A stretch of DNA of 63,149 nt, counting the filler, from Hyphochytrium catenoides (lineage: Eukaryota > Protista > Hyphochytriomycota), in the NCBI GenBank assembly GCA_900088475.1. It is 16 parts of 16 records of this genome, joined end to end, with 100 filler letters (N's around TTAATTAATTAA, not from the genome) between each part and the next. Parts side by side here need not be neighbours in the genome. Positions count along the whole stretch, not along the records: positions 36,145 to 37,448 come from FLMG01004163.1; positions 37,549 to 43,521 come from FLMG01002552.1; positions 43,622 to 53,898 come from FLMG01004048.1; 13 more parts are not named here. One strand, given 5' to 3'. The position numbers and the translations under genes are program-made. This document shows, piece after piece, positions 36,276 to 48,875 of the stretch. How positions within the stretch are numbered: the first letter of the stretch is position 1; every line of letters begins with the position of its first letter. The notes under the pieces are model-generated. The model worked only from the letters and a program-made list of their open reading frames with translations. It was not told the DNA's origin and ran no database searches.

Positions 36276-36930
36276 TGTTGGATTATATGGGATGATTGGC
36301 CAACAGTCATCACCAGATGAGAGTGCTCTACTTATAAGCCCAACTGGGGTCCCATAACCTAGAGCTATTCTAACTTGCCAACTATTCCTAATGAACCCTA
36401 AGATATTCATTCATAGAGAGATCCCTGTCTAGAACGGTCAGTCTTGAAGGTATTCCGGGGTACTGACCATAAGCCATAAATATAAACAGAGACATTTCGT
36501 TTGCTTCATATCTTGGCTTCTACTGGGAGTTTGGAGCTGAAACTGTTGGAGTCTTAGGGCACAGCTATGTGGCCTACAAGCTGGCAAGCTTAACTACAAA
36601 GTTTCAGCTCTAAACTCCCAGTAGAAGCCGAGATATGAAGTAAAGGAAATGTCCCTGTTTATATCTATGGCTTATGGTCAGTACCCCAGGGTACCTCCAG
36701 GACTGACTATTCTAGACAGGGATATCTCTATAACTCCATATCTTAGACTATATTAGGAATAGTTGGCATAGCCAGAATAGCTCTAGTTTATGGGACCCCA
36801 GTTGGGCTTATAAGTCGAGCACTCTCATTTAATGACATTGTCCAATCATCCCATATAATCCAACAGAAAATTGGGTACTTACTTGCCAGCCTGTGGTCCA
36901 CATAGCTGTGCCCTCACTCAGACTCCAAAA
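36276..36930 (-). mobile_element. Older family A LTR interrupted by an inverted family A copy
   Basis: 36276-36543 and 36866-36930 are reverse complements of the two parts of family A. Confidence 0.82.
36544..36865 (+). mobile_element. Solo LTR (family A) nested in the opposite orientation
   Basis: TGTTGGA...TCCAACA; flanks GAAAC/GAAAA form a 5-bp TSD with one mismatch. Confidence 0.88.
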
Positions 36931-37830
36931 CCTCCCCGCAGCTCGAACTTCCCATTGTGAAGGGTCGTAGCTGAACATTCAACACAGTTAGCAAAGAGCC
37001 TTTCAAAACTGTGCAACATGCACCGAGCAGCACAAGGCGTTATTTTGACCCAAATAGGGACGCACGCGACCTTTCACGCCTGACCAGGTCTGGATCGATC
37101 CGGTAGTCAAGCTGCTCAAATACCTGGCCCATCAGTGCGAGTCAAAATCTGACGCCCCCACAAGTGCTTTTTAGCGACCTGCTATCGTCTCTGTGCCATT
37201 TTAGGGCCGTGTCTAGGAGTAGTTTCTCTCCCCAAGATATCCCATCCATCCCTTAAGAGCGAAGGGCTAACATTCATTTCTAGGGAAGAGTTGCGAATCG
37301 AATCCGGGCCTCTAGGGGTATTAACTATGGAGTTTCGGATGAGAAAAACTCAAAAGGTGCGTAGGCCGAGAGCCTACCCGTTCGTCTTGGGGAGGCCCCT
37401 GCACCCCGACAACTCCATAGATAATATCCTTAAAAGGCCAGATTCGCANNNNNNNNNNNNNNNNNNNNNNNNNNNNNNNNNNNNNNNNNNNNTTAATTAA
37501 TTAANNNNNNNNNNNNNNNNNNNNNNNNNNNNNNNNNNNNNNNNNNNNGAGAGAGAGAGAGAGAGAGAAAGAGCGAGAACGAGGAAGGAGAATAGAGAGG
37601 AGAGGAATGTGTGTGTGTGTGTGTGTGTGTGAGGGAGGAGGAGGGAGATAGAGAGAGGGAGAGAACATTTGTGTGTGTCAGAGAGAGACAGAAGAGAGAG
37701 AAGTTTAGACCAGCATCGGGCTAAAGAAGACAAACAACATTTTTGAGAGAGACGAAAAGACGAGGAGAGAGAGAGAAAAGAGACATAACCGCACCAGGTG
37801 GCACTAAGATATCTTTAGCAAAGAGGAAGC

Positions 37831-37872
<42 letters not shown>

Positions 37873-37982
37873 GGGAAAGAGAGAGAAAGGCGAGATGGAC
37901 ATGCATAGTGTCATCCATAAGAACATAGTGGAGAGAAGTAAACGAATCGTGCAGTCTAATCTACAATGAGCAGATCCAAACG

Positions 37983-38023
<41 letters not shown>

Positions 38024-38035
38024 AGAGAGAGAGAC

Positions 38036-38763
38036 CTTAAGATAGTCCTGCGGCTCAGCGGGGACTCTGCACTCAGAGAAGATTCTATTGACCATGTTCA
38101 TGCACATCGGCCGCCCGCCCATCGTCTCGGGANNNNNNNNNNNNNNNNNNNNNNNNNNNNNNNNNNNNNNNNNNNNNNNNNNNNNNNNNNNNNNNNNNNN
38201 NNNNNNNNNNNNNNNNNNNNNNNNNNNNNNNNNNNNNNNNNNNNNNGAGAGAGAGAGAAAAAAAGAGAGAGAGAGAGAGAAAAAGAGAGAGAGAGTGAGA
38301 GAGAGTGAGAAAGGAAGGGAGAGAGAGAGAGGATGATCATGGAAGAAAAAGAGAGAACAGTATATGCGGAGTGAGGGGTGTCAGAGTAGGTGAAAGAGAA
38401 GAGGGGTGAGGGAGAGAGACCGGGAGAGAGGTGAGAGAGAGAAAGAGAGAGAGAAAAAGAGAGAGAGTGAGAGAGAGAGAAAGGAAGGGAGAGAGAGGAT
38501 GATCATGGAAGAAAAAGAGAGAACAGTATATGCGGAGTGAGGGGTGTCAGAGTATGTGAAAGGGAAAAGGGAGGGGGAGAGAGACCGGGAGAGTGGTATA
38601 ATAGAGAAAGAGAGAGAGAAGAAAAGAGAGAGAAACTAAACGAAGCCACGTGTGAGACAAATTGCGAAGATGATAGCACAAACGGAAGAAAGAGAAAACA
38701 AGGCAGAGAAGAACACAGAGAGAGCGTGGGTAATGGGTATCAGACGGGAGGAGAAGAGAGAGG

Positions 38764-38807
<44 letters not shown>

Positions 38808-39094
38808 TGATGATCTCCGCTGCCCTTCTGGTCTGAGGCACAGGCGTGTTGAAGAGAGTCCAGGAGCCGAAGCCGCAGATCATGTTCACTCCTGGGACGA
38901 TGGGAGAGCGAAGAGAGAGATACGCCGCAGACTCCCACCACTCTTCCAGCTGCAGAGAGAGAGAGAGAGAGAGAGAAAGAGGGAGATGGAGAGAGAGAGA
39001 GGGAGAGAGAGTGACACAAATTGGAGAAAGAAAGCGCCGTTAAGAGGCGTCCTGGCCGTAAATGTCAAGGACTTTCCCTCTCTGTAAAGTATCT

Positions 39095-39140
<46 letters not shown>

Positions 39141-39291
39141 TCTCTGTTTCTCTCCGTTTGTATGCTCGTCTCTTCCCTAGAATTACATTCATGCACGCTT
39201 CACTCTCTGTATCTTTCCGCCTTTCCTCTAAGGTTTTAACTTGGACTAGGTGTAAAGCAGGGCTTCTCTCTCTCTCTTGCTCTCTCCTATC

Positions 39292-39334
<43 letters not shown>

Positions 39335-39705
39335 CACCCAATTCTTCTCTCTCTTGCTTCTCTCCAGGATGATGCCATGCAACTTCTCCCCAACACCGCC
39401 CGGGCGGGAGAATTCCTTAACGGTTTTCTCTGTAAGCTCATATTCCTCCTGAAGTAAAGAGAGAGAAATGAGAGAGAGAGAAGAGAGTGGAGGAGAGAGA
39501 GAGAGAGAGAGACAGAGAGATAACAGGTTGAAGTAGAGGTGGGAAGCAACTAGAGAAGAGAACAGCAGTGAAGAGAGAATGGAACGGAGAGAGAGGGAGA
39601 GACTAGAGAAAGAAAGGGAAGGAAAAGTAACAGTGTACGTTGATAAATAAAAGCAGTGAAGGAGAGAACACGAGGAAAGGAGAAAGAAGAAGAGAGAGGG
39701 AATAC

Positions 39706-39738
<33 letters not shown>

Positions 39739-39858
39739 GAAGAGAGGGACTCTTACTACCTTGGAGACGAAAGGCTTGACAGCCGCGAGATACTTGCGGC
39801 ACGTCTCTCCCAGGTCCGGCACTGGAAGAGGAGGGAAGCTCTCTTGCAGACTAAAACT

Positions 39859-39894
<36 letters not shown>

Positions 39895-40021
39895 AAGAGA
39901 GCGTTTTGGAGAAGGGGAGAGACGGTGGAGAGAAAGGGAGACAGAAAGGAAGACGGAGAGATATAAAAAGAATGAAGAAGGCCGAGAATAAAAAGAAAGG
40001 TCAAGCGAGAGCGAGCGAGAA

Positions 40022-40055
<34 letters not shown>

Positions 40056-40460
40056 GACGTAGGGAGAGGAGAGAGAGAGGCAATAGCAACAAAAGACTGT
40101 GAGAAGAAGAACAGACAGAGCAACAAACAGGGCAGGGGAACTGGGGAGGAGGCAGAGAGACAGAGCGACCGAGACGAGAGAGAAAGAGGAAGAAAGAAGA
40201 CCAAGTGTAGGGTAGGCANNNNNNNNNNNNNNNNNNNNNNNNNNNNNNNNNNNNNNNNNNNNNNNNNNNNNNNNNNNNNNNNNNNNNNNNNNNNNNNNNN
40301 NNNNNNNNNNNNNNNNNNNNNNNNNNNNNNNNNNNNNNNNNNNNNNNNNNNAGAGAGAGAGAAAGAGAGAAAACAGAGAGAGAGAGAAGAGAAAGTAGCA
40401 TGAGACTTACGTCGGCGTCTTGCTAAAGTCTTGAGAATGCTTGGAACCTCGGCGCGCCAT
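38036..40460 (-). CDS. Choline/carnitine O-acyltransferase family protein (CRAT/CROT-like), N-terminal exons, 3' partial
   Basis: LQESFPPLPVPDLGETCRKYLAAVKPFVSK|EEYELTEKTVKEF..GVGEKLH...EKNW|LEEWWESAAYLSLRSPI...|PMCMNMVNRIFSECRVP. Confidence 0.9.
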
Positions 40461-40844
40461 GATGACCAGAAAGAGAGAGACAGGAAAGGAAAAAGAGTCT
40501 CTTTACAGAGACACAGGCTAGGAAGGGAAAGAGAGAGAGCGAGAGAGAGAGAGAGGCAAGAGAGAAAGTCTCCGTTGGAAGGGGGCTCGGAGGTTTTGTG
40601 AGTGACAGGGAATGAGAGAGAGAGAGAGAGAGACCAACAGAGAGAGAGAGAAATCCTCTTTCTAGTCGAGATCCAGAGTGTGCCGCTTCACTGCTCTTCC
40701 CTACAGATTGACGTGGTGGCGCTGAAGTGGATCTTCTTTTCGTCGCCACACGGGAGAAAGAGAGAGAGAGAGAGACAGAGAAAGAGAAGGGCACGACAAA
40801 GAGAGAAAGAAAGAAGAAGAAGAGAGAGAGAAGAAAGCGAGGAA

Positions 40845-40894
<50 letters not shown>

Positions 40895-41424
40895 TGAAGG
40901 CGTGAAGAGACTTGGCGAGTACAAGAGTTAGAGTAGGGGCAAAGAGACCTGAAAGGCAAAGACAGAGAGAGAAGAGATAAAGAGACAAAACCGTATTCAT
41001 AGGGATAGACACAGACAGAGGGGGAAGAGAGGAAACTGAGAGACCCGAGAGAGACAGAAGACGTTACATGTAAGCTTACTCTTGGGTGCGTGGGTTTGAA
41101 AGGAAGGGATATTATGCATACACTTGTAAAGATACTAAATCTGAGTTTGAGTGATGGTGTCCTTCGGAATAAATCAAAGAAGCTTCTGATCCTCTCTCTC
41201 TCTCTTACTCTCTCTCTCTCTTTTCCTCTCTCTCTCTCTCTCCTTTCTTTTTTCTCTCCAGCTTTCTCTCTTATCTTCTCCCTACCAGTGTCTCTTCTCT
41301 CTGTTGGACGAGGCTTCTTTGGCTCGCCAGGAAAGAAGGCAGTTTAAGGAGAAAGAGAGTGAGAGAGGGGAGGAAAGACGGGAGCTCCCATCTTATTTTC
41401 CTCGACTTCGTTCCTCTTATCACG

Positions 41425-41468
<44 letters not shown>

Positions 41469-41660
41469 CCGGCTTCCTGTCAGCAATACAGCTGAAGAGC
41501 CCAATGGGAGGAAGAGGCAGAAGAGGAAGAGGAAAGATGATTGGCTTAGCCAATGGAGAGGAGGAGAGAGAGAGAGAGAGGAGCGAGAGAGAAAGGAGGA
41601 CGAGAGAAAGAGAAAGAAGAGACTCTGTCTTCAGTTAATCTCAGCTTCCGCCTGGCACTT

Positions 41661-41993
41661 TCATCCTTCTTCAGTCCAGAAGGGAAGCGATAGAGGCGCT
41701 GCTCTAATCCAAAGCTGAGAAGAGAGAGAGAGAGAAGAGACACACACACAGAGAGAGAAAGAGAAAGGGGAGGGAGAGAGAGAGAGGGGAAGGTGAGGGA
41801 AGAGAGAGAGTTGAAAGAAAGATTCGAATGAACAAGGAGAAGAGAGGAATGGGAAGAAAGAAAAAGAAAAAAAACTGGGAGAGAGAGAGAGGGAGGGAGA
41901 GAGAGAGACAGAGAGAGAGACANNNNNNNNNNNNNNNNNNNNNNNNNNNNNNNNNNNNNNNNNNNNNNNNNNNNNNNNNNNNNNNNNNNNNNG

Positions 41994-42029
<36 letters not shown>

Positions 42030-42559
42030 TTCTTCGTATTACCTGTAGGATCCATTTTTCTTCTCTCTGGCTCAGAAGAGGGCAGGAGGCATGAAGAGAG
42101 CAAGGATCGAGTGTCTCTTCTCTCTCATTAAAAAAGAGAACAGCTTGTCCTTGCACGGGAGAGATCCACAGTCCTTTTCTCTCTCTCTCTTCTCTCCTAA
42201 CAGCACAGGCCATACGGAGAGAAGAGAGAGAAGACCGATTACATCTCTCTCTCTCTTCTTCTCTTTCTCCCTCTTCCTCGTCTCCTTTCGCTGCACAAGA
42301 GAGAGTCTCTTTCTCTCTCTCTTCTCTTTTTGCAAAGGGGAAGAACGTCTCCCCTCCTCCTCCCTCAGTTATGGAAGAGAGATAGACGAGGAAGGTTGCT
42401 GGTCTTCTGACTTCTTCTCTCTCTTCTTTCCCACCACTTTCTCTCTCTTCTTTTCTCTCTTTCTCTCCTCTTCTTTCAGTGAACCCTGAGTCCCAATGAT
42501 AGTCATACTTCTGCCCTCTGGTATATCTGTCGCAGAGAGGAGAGAGAGAGAAAGAGAAA

Positions 42560-42592
<33 letters not shown>

Positions 42593-43500
42593 GAGAAAGA
42601 AGAAAACGGCCATTAAAAGATTAAGAGAGGAAAGAGAGCAAGGTGGTGGTGAAGAAGAGAGAGAAGATACTGCCAGCATGGAGAGGGGGAGAGAGAGAGA
42701 AAAAGGAAATGGCAGAGAAAGGAAGGGACACAGGAGTGACGAGAGAGAAAGAAAGAAATAGAGAGAGAGAGAGAGTAAGAGAGAGAGAGAGTTACCTAGT
42801 CATTGCAAAAGGCTCAACATTTTCTAGACCAAACCCTGAGCAGAGGGCGGCTGCCCGAGCGAGCCATTTAAGAGAAAGAGGGAGAGAAGAGAGAGAGAGG
42901 GAAAGATACGAAGAAGAAGAGAAAGAAGTGGACGAGTCATCAACTCTTTCTCTGTAGAGTTCAAAGAGAGAAACGATCTCTCTCTCACTGAAGATGACAG
43001 AGCGTGGGAGGAACAAGAGAAGAGAGAGAGACAACAGAAAGAGAGAGAAAGAGATAGAGAGAAAGAGAAACAAAGAGAGAGTAAGAGACACTCACACAGG
43101 TCTCGGCCGGTGCTTAGTAAGACGGGCAGAGGAAAGAAAGAGAGGAAAGAGTGAAAGAAGAAGAGGAGAGACAGAGAGAGAGAGAGGATAACGGAACGAA
43201 AGAAGAGACAGCAAGAGAGAGATAGAGGGAAAAGAGAGAGACAGAGACAGAGGGAGACAGAGAGAGAGAGAGAAGAAAGCAAAGAGGAGGACAACGCAGA
43301 AGGACGGAGACGAAAGCAAAGAGAGAGAGAGAGTGTGTGTGAGAGAGAGAGAGAGAGAGAGCCACCAGGAAGAGTAAACAGAGAGAAAGAGAAGGAGAGA
43401 AGAGGGAGGAACAAACCTGAGGATGTCCCTGAAGCGAAAGACGGTAGGTCGTGAGGAGAGAAGCTCTGCGGAAGAGAGGAAAGGGCAGGCGCTGGGGAGA
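41661..43500 (-). CDS. Prolyl 4-hydroxylase alpha-like 2OG-Fe(II) dioxygenase, 5' partial
   Basis: ENVEPFAMTR|YTRGQKYDYHWD (HxD)...RPATFLVYLSSITEGGGGETFFP...ISPVQGQAVLFFN...DPCSLHASCP...EKWILQ|LWIR...stop. The main exon is 42043-42526. Confidence 0.85.
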
Positions 43501-43621
43501 GAAGAAAAGAGAGAAGGAGGANNNNNNNNNNNNNNNNNNNNNNNNNNNNNNNNNNNNNNNNNNNNTTAATTAATTAANNNNNNNNNNNNNNNNNNNNNNN
43601 NNNNNNNNNNNNNNNNNNNNN

Positions 43622-43654
<33 letters not shown>

Positions 43655-44374
43655 GAGAGAGAAAGGGAGTGAAGAGAGGGTACCCGGAGAAGGAGGAGAT
43701 CAGTGGGGAGAGAAAGGAAGAGCAGAAGGAGGCATGGGAGAAAGAGAGAGAGAAAGGGAGTGAAGAGAGGGTAACCGGAGAAGGAGGAGATCAGCGGGGA
43801 GGGAAAGGAAGAGCAGAAGGAGGCATGAAAGAAAGAGAGAGAGAGAAAAGAAAAAGTGAGAGAAAGGGGAGAGAAAGAAGAGGAAGACCAGCAAGAGGAA
43901 GAGCAACGAAAGAAGAGAGAGGAGGGGAATGGCAGAAGCGAGAGAGTTAGACAAAGGACAAAATGAGCGACTCTTCCATCAAAGAGCGGGAGAAAAGAAC
44001 TATTGGAGAAGGAGCCTGAACTCTGAAGAGGCAGGGAGAAGAAAAGCACAATATGAGCCAAGGATATGTGTCAAGTATACCAGGACGGGACGGAGAGAGA
44101 GAGAGAAAGTGACAGAGAGAGAAGGGTCAGGAGAGAGTCAAACAGCGAGAAAAGTCAAGATAGAGCGGCATTGAGAGAGAGAGACAGACAAAAGGTGGGA
44201 GAAAGTTGGGAAAGAAAAGAATAGTGAAGAAGTATTTGGTGGTAGACATAAAGCCCCCTGGGGCCAATCCCACGTGTTCCTTCCCCTCTCTCTCTCTTCT
44301 CCCCGCCTGCCTCGCTCTCTCTCTCTCTCTCTTCCTCTCTCTCTCCTTCTCTCTCTCCTTTTGTCCATGTCCCC

Positions 44375-45247
44375 TTACCTCGTAATTCGAAAGTAGAGAA
44401 AGACTCCCACTCCCAGCGGGGCGATGATACTGTCGTTGCTCTTGAAAGGAGAACCTTCGCCATTCATAAAGATCCTGGTCGAGTATCCTTCTCTTCTCTT
44501 CTCTCCTCCTCCTTCTCTCAACACCGCCGTCGCTGCAGCTCCAGCTCCTGCAGCGAGAAGAGGAGAGGCAGGAGAGAGAGGAGAGAGAGAAGAGGTGCCT
44601 GCTCCGGCTCTCTCTCCCAGAGCACTCGCAGCTCCGGAGAGGACATTACCTAAGACAGCAGCGCCTCCTCCCTCGGCTATGAGAGCCAGAGCGGCTCCAG
44701 AGGCGGCAGAGGCGACCACAGAGGCCACAGCGGAGCCTGCAGACTTGACCATTCCCATAGAAGAAGAAGAAGTCTCTCTCTCTTTCTCTCCCTCTTTCTT
44801 CTCTTCTTCTCCTGTCTTCTGCTCAGCTTTCTTCTCTTCAGGGGCAGCTGCGGGAGCCTGGCCTTGCGCGTCTTTCTTTTCCGCTGAGGATCCTTCTTTC
44901 TCAGCATTCTCTTCTTTCTTTATCTCTGTCTTTTGTTCTGCCTTCTCTTCCTCTTTCTTTTCATCTTTCCTCCCTTCTTTCTTCTCTTCTTCTTTCTGCT
45001 TTGCCGGGGAAGAGGTAGCAGAAGGGGAGGAAGAGGAAGGGGAGAGAGATGAGGAGAGAGAGCCGATCACTTTTCCTGGGGCGAGTGCGGAGACAGAAGA
45101 GACAAGAGAGGCAGCAGAGTTCTGTCCCACAGTTGAAAGCTTTGTGGCTGTTTCTGTGACTCCCGTGGGAAGGACAGAAGAGAGAGAGCCAAGGATCCCT
45201 CCTGCTCCTGGTCCTTTCTTTCCCGGAGTGATATCGGTCGAGTCCAT
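44375..45247 (-). CDS. First exon of a membrane protein with a long low-complexity N-terminus (possibly TMC/CSC1-like)
   Basis: 290-codon open frame from ATG ending LGVGVFLYFRITR at a GTAAG donor. The family guess rests on this short motif only. Confidence 0.45.
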   Translation of the reverse strand: MDSTDITPGKKGPGAGGILGSLSSVLPTGVTETATKLSTVGQNSAASLVSSVSALAPGKVIGSLSSSLSPSSSSPSATSSPAKQKEEEKKEGRKDEKKEEEKAEQKTEIKKEENAEKEGSSAEKKDAQGQAPAAAPEEKKAEQKTGEEEKKEGEKERETSSSSMGMVKSAGSAVASVVASAASGAALALIAEGGGAAVLGNVLSGAASALGERAGAGTSSLSPLSPASPLLAAGAGAAATAVLREGGGEKRREGYSTRIFMNGEGSPFKSNDSIIAPLGVGVFLYFRITR

Positions 45248-45357
45248 CTCTCTCTCAGTCTTCTCTCTCTCTCTTTCTCCTCTTGCCTCCCTCTATTTTT
45301 CAATATCTAGCTGCTTTGCTATGCTATGGACAAATTTGTCTGTCCATAACTGTCTCT

Positions 45358-45405
<48 letters not shown>

Positions 45406-46419
45406 CGCGCGCGCTTGACCTTTCCTCTTCCCCTTCCTGTTTGTCACGAGAATATGTTAGATGCTTCTATTCAAGAAAGAGAGAAAGAGTACAACGCAGA
45501 GAGTCCTCTCGTCAAGGCTTCTTAGCAGGCTTCCCATGTCTCTTTCTGCGAGGTTACCGCGCTTAAATCCTGCGGCGCTCTTTCTCTCTCCGTCCCCGTT
45601 CCATCACACAGTCTCACTTCTCCCTTCTCTCTCTCTCTCTCTCGCTCTCTTCTCCTCAGCCTCTTTGATTCTGTCAACCTCTCTCTCTTCTCCTCAGATG
45701 TCTACCCTTTTTTAAGTGTCCTTCGTTGTATAAGGATCACAGCGCTGTGTACCTGCAGGTGTAGGGCAGAGCCCAACCGTCGAGAATGCAGAAGTTAACA
45801 GCTTCTCTTCTTTCCCATGGTTCTTCTTCTCTCTCCCTTTCCCCTAGGTTATTCTCTCTCCTCTCACTCTACCTTGTCTCTCTCTGTCTCCCAGCTCTTC
45901 TCTCCTCTCCTGTCTTTTGGTGTTGTCGTTCCCCAGCAGGGTAAACTCCTGAGTATGATAGATTCACTGCTCTCTCTTCTCCCTCTCTTCCAGCACCTTC
46001 AACTCTCTCTCTTTCTCTCTCTGTCTCTCTCTCTGTTCTCATCTTATCTCAACTCCTCTCTCTCTCTCTCTTTCTTTCTCTCTCTGTCTCTCTCTCGCTG
46101 TTCTCATCTCACCTCAACTCCTCTCTTTCTCCTTCTCCGCGTCTCTCTCGATTTCACTCTCTCTTCCCCGTCTCTCTCTCTAAGGTAAAGCCCCAACTTC
46201 CTGGACACATCTGACATTCTTTTTTGCCTTGGACCCATCAATGGCAGGCGTTATTAAGAATCTAACCTGGGCTTATGTAGAACCAACCCCACAGGGCCTT
46301 TCTATGGTCAGTACAGTTCGTTTGCATTCAGAATAAGGACGGTCGTTACATCCAAGTGGTTGATGTTGTGGCCGTCTTTCCCTCCAACTGTCAAAACGTC
46401 AGAGCGGCTGGGTGGGACA

Positions 46420-46458
<39 letters not shown>

Positions 46459-46762
46459 AAGAAAGAAAGAGAGGGGGAGACAGAGAAAGAGAAGTGAGAG
46501 AGAGAGAGAAAGAGACGAAAAAGAGAGGGGGAGACAGAGAAAGAGAAGTAAGAGAGAGAGAGAAAGAGATGAAAAAGAGAGGGGGAGAAAGAGAACAGAG
46601 AGAGAGAGAGAGATGTCTTGATCTGCTAGAAGGAGAAGACAGTACAAGGACAAAAGGACTGGAAGTGGAGGAGTAAAGATTCGAACACGGAGAGGAAGGT
46701 CATACAAGCCCCACTGCAAAGGAGAGAGAGTCATGAGAGAGAGAGGAAAGCTAGAGAGCAGA

Positions 46763-46813
<51 letters not shown>

Positions 46814-47229
46814 GATCAGGACAACGTCCTATGGAAAGGAAAGAGACTACCAATAGCCAATGGCCAGATGACGGAAAAAGCAGAGCGGCAGAAAGAGAAA
46901 AGAGAAGAGAGAGAAGGGAGGTATTAACGAGAGGGGGAGAGACGCACGTACACAAGAGAGGGGGAGAGAATGAGGATAGGGAAGAGAGCGAGGCTGGATA
47001 GAGAGAAAGTCTCTAGAAAATAAGGAGGTAAAATTAGATGAGAAGGCTGGAGAGAGAGAGACATACAGAGAGAGAGCAAAAAAAGGAGAGAGCGCGAAAA
47101 ACACAGAGGCCCGAGAAACAAGGAAGCGGTATAAGAGAGAAAGGAGAGGAAGCTAAAGGTAAACAAGAGTCCGCTTATAATGTGACAAATAAATATGGGT
47201 TCTGAGAATCACTCTCTCTCTCTCACTCC

Positions 47230-47264
<35 letters not shown>

Positions 47265-47310
47265 ACTCTCTTCCTCTTTCTCTCTCTCCATGTCAACAGA
47301 CGCAGGGCTT

Positions 47311-48833
47311 CTAGATGAGTTCTATCTCTCCCTTGAGCACGAGGTGCCTGATGGCTCTGTACCGCATGACATGGATGTCTCCTTTCTGCAGCTGGATGTC
47401 GTTCTCTCCTCTACCAAAAAGAAGAGTTAGAGCAAGGGACGACAAAGCAAAAAGGAAGAGAGTTAAAGAAAGAAAGACACAGGAGAGAGACAGAGAGAGA
47501 GACAACAGAGTTTGAGAGAGCCGCGAGTAGGAAGAAGAAGGAGAGAGCGAGAGACCGGGGGGAAGCATGAGAGGAAGAGAGGTGTAATAGAGACACACAC
47601 AGAGAACCAGAGACAGATAAAGAGGGGGGAGACAGGGAGAGAGTGAGAGAGAGAGAGAGAGAAAAGGTGACTGGAGAAAGAGAGACGGCTGCCAACCTGT
47701 CATCGGTCTGAAGAGATCCCAAGTCCGAAGGTACGCGGCAAAAGACGAAAGTGTCCAAGTTTGGTCTCTCAACTGTAAGGCGGGGCCGCAAGGGAGAATT
47801 GTTAGAGGGGTGACTGGAGAGAGAGAGAGAGAGAGACAGAGACAGAGAGAGAGAGAGACACAGGGAGAGACAGAGAGAGGCAGGCAGACAGACAGACAGA
47901 CAGAGAGTGAAAGAGGAAGGAAAGGGAGATGCAAGAATATAAACCCGAATTTTTATCTTGACTTTGAGAGGCAGAGACGAGAGAGAGAGACACAGAACAA
48001 CTGACCGACAGACCGAGATATACACAGAATCACACCAAGAAAGAGAGAGAGAGAGAGACAAAGGAAGAAGAGAGAAAGAGAGGGAGAAGAGAGAAAGGGA
48101 GAAAGAGAGAGCAAGAGAGAGAGAGAAGAGAGAAAGGGAGAAAGAGAGAGCAAGAGAGAGGGAGAGAGAGAAGAGAGAAAGGGAGAAAGAGAGAGCAAGA
48201 GAGAGAGCGAGAGAGAGAGAGAGAGATTAAAAGAGAGAAGATATAACTATAACAAGTTGCATACTCATTGAGGGGCCATTGCCGTCCTCAGCATCGAGCT
48301 CTTTGAGGCTGAGAAGATCAGGAAAGTTTGACAGAGCACACGTCTCCATGTGGCTCTGAAATAAGTCCAAGTACCTGCACCGAGAGAGAAAAAGAGAGAG
48401 AAAGAAAGAGAAAGAAGCAGAAGAGAGAGAGCGACACACCCACAGGAAGAAAGAAACAGAGGTCAGAGGAAGGAGAGGAGACGCAGGAGAAATCTCAGCA
48501 GAGCAAAATATAAAGGGGAGAGAGAGGAGTGTACGCAAAGAAGTTGGGTTGAGAAAGAGGAAGAGAACAAAGGAGAGTGGCGATTCAAAGGAAGAGGTGG
48601 AGAGAAATTGAAGAAGAGAGACCAGGTTTCTAAATNNNNNNNNNNNNNNNNNNNNNNNNNNNNNNNNNNNNNNNNNNGGAAGAACAGAGAGAGAGAGCCT
48701 GCCAAACCGAAATGGACACATCATTCTTTCTTTTCTCTCACCGTTTGGCTGACTGATACTCCTCCTTTGATAGCCGCGCCTGGGTCTCAGCGTCACTCAA
48801 AGAATGAAGAGGAAAGCGCTCAATCTATTAGGG

Positions 48834-48875
<42 letters not shown>

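Noticed and set aside
38300-38600. Local tandem duplications (also about 43660-43830 and 27780-27890)
   Set aside because: These are ordinary slippage duplications in low-complexity sequence, or assembly artefacts near gaps.
41090-41192. Possible box C/D snoRNA
   Set aside because: Only a degenerate C box and a CTGA are present, with no terminal stem or identifiable guide.
42400-42490. Apparent frameshift in the P4H-like gene
   Set aside because: Base-by-base reading shows the GA-rich insert stays in frame.
44424-45566. 380-aa plus-strand ORF
   Set aside because: It is the antisense shadow of the minus-strand low-complexity exon, which has an ATG and a splice donor.
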